From NCBI GenBank assembly GCA_965203295.1, contig CBDBCZ010000016.1:800001-864000 (forward strand): a DNA stretch of 64,000 nucleotides, written 5' to 3'. The notes below the pieces were generated by a model. The model did no database searches, was not told the origin of the DNA, and was given only the letters and a program-made list of their open reading frames with translations. Below, one piece after another: positions 1 through 64,000 of the stretch. The position numbers were made by a program, and so were the translations under genes. Each line of letters opens with the position of its first letter. Positions within the stretch are counted from its first letter, which is position 1. This DNA is from Nitrospirales bacterium. Lineage in GTDB: Bacteria; Nitrospirota; Nitrospiria; Nitrospirales; UBA8639.

Positions 1-1012
1 CATCGACAATGAACAAACAAAGCACTTGGAGCATGACGTCTCATTCGTATCTGCACTCCACTTTTGTTCCCTGACATTGTGTTCGTTCCATCAAATCCCA
101 GCCCACGCAGTTTTTGAATGGGAATGCCTTTGTCGTGAAGAAACTGGAGTAGGTAGCGTGTGAGTGCCTCTGCATTAACCTCATGTGCATGGATGATGCC
201 TAAAAAGTGCTCGACCGGCTTTCCACTCTCAAGCCATCTACCACAAACTGATAGCTCTTCTTTGGAAGATACATCAGTGCTTTCGTCAGCCATTATAGAA
301 ATAAATTGACTAGACTTCAAGCGAGCAAGGAGAGCTTCTTCAATACAGTGGCTGATACTACTCAGAAGCTCAGTTGTTGTGGCCTTAGAGACGTATGTTG
401 CATTGGATGGGCATGTACGTTGGTGTGCTTCCAGTTGTTCACTCCCATTATCAATTTGAAGCAAAATTAAGTCCTCAAATGTTGTTGTGTGTGGGATACG
501 GTGCTTCACTAGGAAGTAGAGAGACCTTGTTAATTTCTTCATCAATTCACGATTTCTTTTCCGTTCAACTTCAGTGGCAGCAAGCATTCTTTCCACAACG
601 TCCCCTCTCCTTTTTGCAGATTCTGCCAGTACTTGTGCCTCTACAGATGCCAAATGCCAGTCTGATTTTTCATGCTTATTGAGGAGCTCTGTTGCTTTTA
701 CCCAGTTATTGATAGGACGAGTAGTCCATGCACCACATGCCACTACCGGTGGCTTGCCGTACTTCTTGCAAAACGTGCAAAACATGCCATTTTCGTGTTC
801 GTCATACTCCATCCAACGCCACTTTGCCTTCCAGTCAGGATTGTACTTCAAATTGGTCTTGTACAGTTTCATTTTTTTGTTTGATTTCCCTGCGTTGATA
901 GTCGCGGTCGCTTAGCAGCCGGTGCGGAGGGCTCACGATGATCCTGGTCATCCTCAGAGCCTACATCAGCTTCAGCAGGAACACGAGACTTCCTAATCAC
1001 AAATTTATCCAT
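1..1012 (-). CDS. hAT-superfamily transposase (ZMYM1/ZNF862-like: TTF-type zinc finger, DUF4371-like region, start of RNase H core); 3' end runs off the window
   Basis: Hand translation from ATG 1012 is open to base 1: MDKFVIRK...YNPDWKAKWRWMEYDEHENGMFCTFCKKYG...LNKHEKSDWH...NATYVSK...ISIMADESTDVSSKEELSV...VEHFLG...GLGFDGTNTMSGNKSGV...ALFVHCR. DESTD, FDG and the start of CxxH are hAT catalytic motifs. It is absent from the ORF track because there is no stop in the window. Confidence 0.9.
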
Positions 1013-1170
1013 TCTAGGCTAGCTTAAACAACTTTAACAGCCGCTGCCATGCGTGATGAGCACTAATTAGAATGGCACAGTAGGCCACGCCTCTTCCGCG
1101 GAATTAAAGAATTGTGCGCGGTTCTTTCCACTGCTTCCCCCCCAAACATTTTTTTCTAGATGAAACCCTG
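1..1170 (-). mobile_element. hAT DNA transposon, one end only
   Basis: On the minus strand CAGGGTTTCATCTAGAAAAAAAATGTTTGGGGGGGAAG starts at 1170, upstream of the transposase ATG. This resembles a hAT CAGGG terminus. The other end and the second target-site copy are outside the window. Confidence 0.7.
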
Positions 1171-2058
1171 ACTTGTAAGGCTTATGTAGCCACAACCAAG
1201 TCTCTATTGCAACAGTGCTGGTCCTATAGCTATTTAATGCACACCCATGGATCTAAAGTTTGGATATCATGTATATACATGTAGAGGGATTCCCACGAAA
1301 CAAACAAACAAGCTACAAATCAGGCTTTTTCATATTTTTTTCAAACTTGTGTTTTGTTTGTTTGAGGGGGGGGCAGACTCACCGTTTAGAAACACAGTGG
1401 ACTTCATCTACAACCACAGCAACAATCCTGTCATAGATGGTAGACTTTTCAAGTGCATCTCTCCACTTAGAACCCACAAGCGCCTCCGGGGCACAGAATA
1501 GAACGCTACACTTCGCCAGATCGTCTTCGCTAGCAACCAGCGCCTTCGGCACGCCCCCTCCAGAGGAAACGACAGAAGCACTTACTCCTGCAGCCCTCAA
1601 GTTGGCAACTTGGTCGACCATCAGAGAGATGAGAGGCGAAACTACCAAAACTACACTGTGACTGTCACCATCAACGCGCCCCAACTTAAAGTCAAACACA
1701 AACGGAAGTGTAGTATAACAGATAGACTTCCCAAAACCTGTTGGTAGCCAGAGAAAAACGTCCTTTCCGTCGTAGACAGCCTTAATAGAGGCTCTTTGCT
1801 CTGGCTTTAGGGTCAACGAAGGGCAACCAACACGCTCGAGAGCGTACGAAATCGCGAGGTCAAACTCATTCGCCATTTGGCATCGTAAACTAATACTTAC
1901 CAATAACCGCAAAGTATGCGAGCGTGACGTATTCATCACATGGAGATGTTCGTTAGTGACACGGTTTTCCAAGATATTTTGGAAATTAACGCGCATGTGC
2001 AAACAGTGGACACCAGGCTCTCTTTTCAACCTTTTCCCGGAGCCTGGGTTCCAGGCTA
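1171..2058 (-). mobile_element. AcademH-type element A (helicase-side end), interrupted by the hAT element
   Basis: Minus-strand terminus TAGCCTGGAACCCAGGCT starts at 2058 and is followed by a RecQ first exon. The terminus abuts the middle of a different element's transposase reading frame at 2059. Confidence 0.7.
1384..1876 (-). pseudogene. RecQ-family helicase, exon 1 (transposon-encoded)
   Basis: MANEFDLAIS...LKPEQ (motif 0)...LPTGFGKS (Walker A)...VVSPLISLMVDQV...APEAL...VVVDEVHCVSK (DExH), followed by a GTGAGT donor at the same position as in the second RecQ copy. The conserved Trp codon reads CG-. Confidence 0.85.
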
Positions 2059-2735
2059 GCGAAGGCCAAACCGGGGAAAAAGACACCGCATTCCAAAGAG
2101 TTTGATCGTGTGCACGCTTACTCATGTGATCTGATGAGCCTTGGACTCCTCCTAATGGAATTTGGTGATGCTGTCCGAGAAGGGGATGGTACACGCATCC
2201 TTTGTTGCTGGCGCTAATTCCTACTTCTTTTTAAAGCTTCTGACCATACCAATTATTCTATTGAGTCGTTCACTCTCCTAGCCCAATACGAGTACTTGTT
2301 GAGCCCAAGGATGGCCATGCAATTGAAGTGGAGTCGGATGGTGAATGTACATGGCCGCCCAGGAAAGAATATTGCAGCAGACTTACACATGGAACATTTG
2401 AATCGAGAGTGTAAGAGCAGCCTGAGTGGTTTGGGAGCCAACATCACCGACCACTCTGTGCTAAATGTATCGGTAGAATGCAGAGCATACTCCATCAGTA
2501 CGATCAGGTGAATGGAGTCCGTGAAGTTTCTGGCCACCATACAAGACACTCAGCATCGGCGGACCGTGACAAAATTCTGAAACAACTGCAAGAGTCCAAA
2601 GTTTTCGACTATAAGCCTGGACGCAAACATAAAAACTTCCCATGGTTTTCAACCAACTTAGTTGAGAAGCTGTCGCGCTGTGAGCTAAAGGAGTGGATGC
2701 AAGATCGCATGCAAAAGCTGATTGTCTATCATTGA
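2059..2735 (+). pseudogene. Academ (DUF6589-like) transposase, C-terminal fragment
   Basis: DRVHAYSCDLMSLGLLLMEFGDAVREGDGTRILCCWR*FLLLFKASDHTNYSIE...LSPRMAMQLKWSRMVNVHGRPGKNIAADLHMEHLNRECK...LGAN...VFDYKPGRKH. It has a TAA at 2215-2217 and a frameshift near 2465. Confidence 0.8.
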
Positions 2736-2779
2736 TGGCATAATATATTCATGATGGCATTGGTTGGTTATAATGATTA

Positions 2780-4166
2780 TCATAATGATAATGGTTGGCA
2801 TGAGGGACATTTAGTTTCACATAAATCACAACACAAACACAAAGATTTGACACCACAATCACTTGGTGGAGCTTTAAAATCGTTAAGAAGCAACTCTCTT
2901 CTGCACGTGTCCTTGTCTCTGCAATATTCTTTCATAGCGGTATCGTCAATCTGACCCAACTCCGTATTGGTATAGTATAGGGTTGCTACTGCCAATTGTC
3001 GATCGCGACCTGCTCTACCCGTTTCTTGTAGGTACAGTTCAATGTCGGTTGATGGTCCCCAGTGGATCACCCTTCTGATGTTGGGACAGTCCAACCCCAT
3101 GCCAAAAACTACTGTGGCAACTATTACTCGGAGGGTGCTGTTACAGTCAGGAAAAGACTGAAGAATGCCGTTCTTGACTGATGAGTGTGTGCATGCTGAA
3201 AACATGTCAATGAGACGACATTGCTGCAAGGCATAACGGGTACCAATTGGCTCCATCATCTCCCTCCCCAAGCGATCTGCCATGAACATGTACACACCAG
3301 AGCACTGGCTATAGGTACGACAAAAAACAATTGTTCGATCCGTGCTTGTTCTTTTCGTCGAAGTTCTTCAACTTAGGGTGCAAATGTTTCCTCTAGTGTG
3401 CCGGGATTACCCTTCACAACATACTCGATGTTTGGCTTGTTTGAAGACACAGCAACAGTAACTGGATGGACCATACCCAGAGTTTTTGACACGCTACATC
3501 GTGTGAACTTTGTGGCTGTAGCTGTTAGTGTCATGATTCTGACCGTCTCTGGGACCAAACCCCTGATGTCACAAAGATTGGCAAACTCCTTCCGAAATGA
3601 CTCTCCCCTGCGATGAGAAGAGTTTTGAACTGTCATAAAGTATAGTTCTGTCACTTTGACATGTACACTTACCATTTTTTAACACAATGTGCCTCGTCCA
3701 CCACTAATGCAACCAAGTTCTGCTGGTAAACTGGACTCTGTAACATATCTCTCCACGTCATATTAGTCAGCAGGGCCTCAGGACTCAGATACACCAGCTG
3801 GTACTTCCCATCGCACACCACGTTCTCGGTCTCACTATCAACATCTCCCACATAAATGGTACGCATGTTTCTTTCAGTCATCTGTTTCACCTGGTCCTTC
3901 ATGAGAGCCACAAGTGGGCTAACGACGATGACAATAGACTGTGTCTCAATCGACTTGCTCCCTCGAAAGATGTCAAAAACTTTCGGAAGCAAGCAGTAGC
4001 ACAGGGATTTTCCACTGCCAGTAGGCAAGCATACAAAGACGTCTTTCCCACCCAGGAAGTGTTTGACCCCGAGCGCCTGATTTGGCCTCAACTCAGCATA
4101 CCCCAGCTGCTCTGTACCTTCAGTAATCGCTTTGCACATGCGCTCGCTGGAATACTTATCAGCCAT
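2780..4166 (-). pseudogene. RecQ-family helicase, 2 exons (4166-3673, 3607-2780), one in-frame stop
   Basis: LPTGSGKS, SPLVALMKDQV, DEAHCVKKW/GESFR across a 65-nt GT-AG intron (3672-3608), LTATAT, IVFCRT, VATVVFGMGLD, YLQETGRAGRD and a C-terminal CRRELLL..CLCCDLC zinc site. There is a TAA at 3375-3373 and the frame continues beyond it. Confidence 0.9.
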
Positions 4167-4749
4167 CTCTCTCGCACCTCCACGTGATTTTACGTGGTAA
4201 TAATAGTTGTCACATGATCACTCCATTTTCATTGGCTCTGCCAACATTCCAGCAGCCGGAACGGAAACGTGGCGTAACCGTCCCGACTCACTTTCCCCTA
4301 ATGAAGTGAGGCGGGCGTGCGAGACTAACTGCAGGTAAGGCAAGAAGATCTGCCGTTATTTGTTTCCTGTACTATTAGACACTAGCTACTTTTTGCCTTC
4401 TATTGCATGCAGCTAGCTTTTTATGCACCAGTCTTATGTGACCTGTTCCTGTGCATGTTTGGTCATTTCTACTTGCTTTTCGTAGCTCAACATTGCCATT
4501 GATTCATTACTAGTCGAACAGCCTGGCTCGCGAAAATATAGCAGCTTCACCACGCCCAGGTCGTGGGTTCATGCATAATTGTTTTGTCGCTATTCTTGCG
4601 ACGGGCTGATTCGCAAAAATACCCGCACTTAGGCTATATAAATGCACCAGCAGCTATGGCTCACTCGCCATACTTTGTACTTGGGCAGTACTAAGCCTAG
4701 TTACTTGATTAGGCCTATGTAAACGATAAACAATAAGCTTACATGTATG

Positions 4750-4815
4750 TAGCCTCAAACCCAACGCCCAGATTTTATCTAAAATCTGGGCGTGTAAGGG
4801 CTGTGTTCGAGGCTA
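4750..4815. mobile_element. 66-bp TAG..CTA micro-element with 9-bp target-site duplication
   Basis: ACATGTATG|TAGCCTCAAAC...GTTCGAGGCTA|ACATGTGTG (1 mismatch in the duplication). Confidence 0.7.
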
Positions 4816-5059
4816 ACATGTGTGCATGCACGAGCATATTTGCGGCTGCTAGTGTCTACGACTTGGTTACTGAACAGTGACAAATCATCTATAAAATCAA
4901 AAGCTTATGCAGTATCCTGAGTTAAATTTATTCTCAAGCCTACTTTGCCGAGTTCGCTATATGCGATTGTGCAGCAAAGCCTTCAAGGCCTAGAAATGAA
5001 GTAAAACTGGCTTAAACCGCAACACAGCGGCAACAGAATTCTCAAAATCCCATCCAAAA

Positions 5060-5228
5060 ACTTGGAATCTTCCCGAAATCTCGCAAAATAAATGAAATCC
5101 TGAAATCTCGCGAAATCATGTCTGAAATCTTGAAATCTTGAATGAAATCCCGAAATCTGGAAATCCTGAATGAAATCCTGACGTTTTGAAATCTCGTACA
5201 CATTTCTGGTGCGCTACGGACCCCTCGG
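5060..5228. repeat. Array of about 14 GAAAT(C/T)-core repeats ending in GCGCTACGGACCCCTCGG; probable subterminal region of an unclassified DNA element
   Basis: Visible iterations of (T/C)GAAATC(C/T) with irregular 8-13 bp spacing. No partner end was found in the window. Confidence 0.55.
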
Positions 5229-5350
5229 TGTCACAGAGTCGAGTGAGAGTCAGCGAGTTGCAGTTGCGTTGGAAAATTGTGTTACGCGTATTGCGTACGC
5301 TAAAAAATAGCGGGGCATTTGATTTTGGATGTGCATTGTAAACGACAGCA

Positions 5351-6339
5351 ATGTCGGCTGAACCAGACAGAAAAAGTGTTTACTCCGATGATCTTCGTTG
5401 GCGTATCGTATATCAACGCATCGGAATGCATTTATCATATGAAGAAATTGTGAACAACCTCAACATGGCTGTTAGCACGGCTTACCGCACAAATGCTCGT
5501 TTCGAGCAAACACTGAACGTTATTCCCGCTGCAGTGCAATCAAAAAGGTATGATCTGAGGACACCGGACGAGCGCAGTGAGCTCCATGTTATTGGTCTAG
5601 TTTTAGCAAACCCTTCGATGTATCTCAGTGAAATATGTCAGCATGTTTGTGATGAACTAGTCATCGAAGTAGCCCCACCCACTATTTGCCGCTTGCTCAG
5701 GTCCTACGGAATAACAAGAAAAAGGATCAAGAAAGTTGCACTGCAGAGGAGAGATACAGTTCGAGGTGCATTCCTGGCACAATGCCTTCTCTTTCCAGCA
5801 GAAACTTTCGTGTTTATGGATGAAAGTGGATCTGATGCCCGAGATCACATCCGTAAATACGCTTATGCACTTTGGGGCTTGCCTCCCATCTCGAAAGTAC
5901 TCATTTCTAGGGGTAAAAGAGTGAATGCAGTAACTGCGATTTCAACAACAAGATTAGTTGGACTGGAGCTCACCATGTCAACTGTGAATGCGGATAACTT
6001 TTTTGATTTTGCAAGAGGATGCCTTATTCCAAACATGATGCCATTCAATGGCACAAATCCACGCCGAATAGTGGTTATGGATAATTTATCTGTCCATCGC
6101 GTACCTGAAGTCCTTGAGCTGTTCAGGACTGCTGGAATTTTAGTACTGTTCCTACCACCTTATAGTCCAGATCTCAACCCAATAGAGGAAACGTTCAGTT
6201 ATGTGAAAAGTACATGCGCAAGCATGAAGAATTTCTCCAAGTCATCCCAAATCCAGTAGATATAATAAAGAGTGCATTTACAAGCTTAACAGGTGACAAA
6301 TGCAAGAAGTGGATAGCACACTCAGGATACAATTTATAA
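5351..6339 (+). pseudogene. IS630-like DD34E transposase with a frameshift near the C-terminus
   Basis: N-terminal HTH (YSDDLRWRIV, PSMYLSEI), FVFMDESG, VVMDNLSVH and FLPPYSPDLNPIEETF, with 34 residues between the second D and the E. After a 1-nt shift at about 6210 it continues YMRKHEE...IKSAF...CKKWIAHSGYNL* (TAA 6337-6339). Confidence 0.9.
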
Positions 6340-6558
6340 CTCAATGACATGACATACACTTGTATTATGCTCTCACTCATCATTTTGGAATGCATTGGAC
6401 AAAAATGCTATGCATGTATGCATGCATGCGTGCCTATACAATCATGTATGTACCACAGTATAGAATCACCGTAATAATAATACATGGCAGTTAGTATCTA
6501 TGGGCTACATAACCAAACAAATTATGTCGATTATAGCTATGTATAGAGTGCATGCAGA

Positions 6559-7650
6559 TTACAGAGTGTCTGTAAAAACGTCTTTATCTTTCTGGAGGTT
6601 TTCATACTGTTCCTTATCAATACCTCCAGTGTCAAGCAGGGCACTCAGATCCTTTAGCTGACGAATGCATTGTGTGCGGTTATTTATTCGCTTACTTGGA
6701 GAGCGCACAGTAGCGTGGCTTTCAATTGCGATCTCTTTCTCATGTACAGCTGGCCATTACTCTCACTCACTTTCTTAGGTTTTTTGAAGTAGGGTACTGA
6801 TGGCGGCTCATCAAGACTCTTATGTTTTCCCATATGAATCATGTGAGCCCATGTATTCATTTGTTCCACAGTATATTTGGACTGATGTTTCTCTGTCAGC
6901 TTCTTTACTAGTTCTTCAACATCTGACAATTTCTTTGCACACAAATCGGCCTTTGTACCCCCTGTTTTACTCTTCCGGGAAGGCACTTCTTCTCAGTCGC
7001 CTGGGATAGGAGAGGATCGCTTCCTAGTATTTCCTTGCGTCTCTGGTGAGTTTCATACATTTGCTTGAGGTCACCATCAGTATCCAACCACTGCTGTTTC
7101 CCCTTCACACCATGACCAGGCTCTACGTAGCCAATGCGGTCCGTTGGCACATGGAGCTCATCAGAAAGACATTTCTGCAACTCGTTCATTGTCTCAAACT
7201 GAGAGCCAGTTTTAAGTTTTTTCACATAACAATTAGATTTCTTGGATGGGTTAACAACCTTTACAGAATAGACATACTTCGGCACACACTTGGCTGCAGT
7301 AGTTGCACGCTCACACTGCAGATAGAAAGCACACAAGATCAGTATTGTATGACGTCATACTAATCGCTTATTTATAATTAATTACCTGTACTTCTGTAGT
7401 CTCAATATCAGAGTCTATCAGTACAGCTGAGCTCGAGGAACCAGTTTGAGTCGGAAAACCAGTCCCGGGGTGAAAGCCAGAGTCCAGGTAATATCTGGCA
7501 GTGAGCCACACTCCCATGGCCTCAGGTCCATCCAGCCAGGATTTACCCAAGGGCCACATGCACCTTGGTTGCCACTAGTCTCACTGGCTCGCGTAACTAG
7601 GTTACCACCTGCAATATCACCATCAAAAGGCTCCTTTTCCATTTCCATCA
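6559..7650 (-). pseudogene. Uncharacterised accessory gene inside the IS630-like element (PB1-like domain, helical domain, SHOCT-like tail); frameshifted
   Basis: GT-AG intron 7385-7316. Segments: YSVKVVNPSKK...IGYVEPGHGVKGKQQWLDTDGDLKQMY; KYTVEQMNTWAHMIHMGKHKSLDEPPSVPYF; SPSKRINNRTQCIRQLKDLSALLDTGGIDKEQYENLQK...*. About three frame changes. Domain names are by eye only. Confidence 0.65.
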
Positions 7651-8316
7651 CGAGGAACACAAACACTCGTTCCTAGATCGAACGGCCAGCGCAGAAACCG
7701 CCAAAAGTGGCACTGCACTCGATTGGCCCGCGGAATTGTGTGGAAGTTAAGATCGCGTACGCAATAATTTTTCCAACGCAACTGCAATACGCTGTACTAT
7801 TGACCGAGGAAAGTAATTTTCCGGAGGGAAGCCGAGGCTTTGTCGGAGACCTTCCGTGGAAAATTACTTTTCAAGCTCAGGTTGGGGTAGTTCGGAGGAT
7901 AGCTGTCTCGCATAATTTGGCAGCATGCATGTTCAGAGGCAGCCACTTGAAGCAGATTGAAGAGTCTTTGGGTTTTGTATCACTTGGAGTGTCCCTGGAG
8001 TCGCTGCAAACACTGGGCTGTGTATACCACTCTCCATGCTAAATATTGTGAGCTTGGCAATGGCTGAACGAATTCATATGCGTTGCTGCGCAATCGGATT
8101 GCTATAGGCACGTGCTCTAACCCTAACCTACATTACAGTCCTCATATCAGCGATTTAATTGGCTTGTACGTTACCACTATAATCTAATAAAGATCAGAAT
8201 GCTCTGCCACATCTGTTCCATTAATGATTGCCGTAACAAATCCCAGTGTATAACATGTTCTTCTGTTTTATGCATTGCTTCTCCATGACATATAGTTATG
8301 TGCAGCAACAGTAGTA

Positions 8317-64000
<55,684 letters not shown>

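Larger units (their letters stand above)
2059..4327. mobile_element. AcademH-type element B (3' part of transposase plus convergent RecQ helicase)
   Basis: The DUF6589-like transposase (+) and RecQ (-) lie tail-to-tail 45 bp apart. Minus-strand terminus TAGTCTCGCACGCCCGCCTCAC starts at 4327. Transposase plus RecQ with TAG..CTA ends is the known AcademH layout. Confidence 0.8.
5251..7794. mobile_element. IS630/Tc1-mariner element with two convergent genes
   Basis: Inverted ends: CAGCGAGTTGCAGTTGCGTTGGAAAATT at 5251 and reverse-complement CAGCGTATTGCAGTTGCGTTGGAAAAATT at 7794. Both carry a subterminal TATTGCGTACGC. TA follows the right end; the left TA is not preserved. Confidence 0.85.

Noticed and set aside
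395..915. Plus-strand ORFs of 95, 113 and 70 aa
   Set aside because: They are antisense shadows of the hAT transposase on the minus strand.
1877..2194. N-terminal 106 aa of the 271-aa RecQ ORF
   Set aside because: It reads across the transposon terminus and the antisense of the neighbouring transposase. The likely start is ATG 1876.
5060..5200. CRISPR-like array (also considered at 29290-29525 and in the 19.5 and 28.5 kb subterminal repeats)
   Set aside because: The repeats are short and degenerate, lack constant-length unique spacers, have no cas genes nearby, and sit in a spliced eukaryotic context.
6559..7650. Fanzor/TnpB as the second gene of the IS630-like element
   Set aside because: No RuvC D-E-D motifs or CxxC zinc ribbon are visible in any frame.

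Overview
Eukaryotic genomic DNA, most likely from a demosponge. This is inferred from the 45-70 nt introns and the repeat and death-fold families; no taxonomy search was possible. There are no rRNA, tRNA or CRISPR features. Bases 1-7.8 kb are a stack of DNA transposons: an open hAT transposase that the ORF track misses, two nested AcademH-type elements (RecQ helicase plus DUF6589-like transposase), and a two-gene IS630/Tc1 DD34E element. From 8317 to beyond the window end, one plus-strand gene can be assembled by hand from about 45 phase-compatible exons (about 3,070 codons in the window). It encodes an RNF213/mysterin-like giant AAA+ protein with an unusual N-terminus: CARD-like fold, DED-like/TRADD-N-like region, duplicated low-complexity exons and a PA-like domain. 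Its large 5' introns hold two decayed LINEs, a decayed Crypton (DUF3504) recombinase with GAA-loop hairpins, and many MITEs. They also hold a 9.26-kb CACTA/EnSpm-like element with a TA duplication whose 10-exon transposase and 9-exon SAM-domain gene are both fully open. Exon models were checked by eye for splice signals and phase. Domain names come from motif recognition, not database searches.
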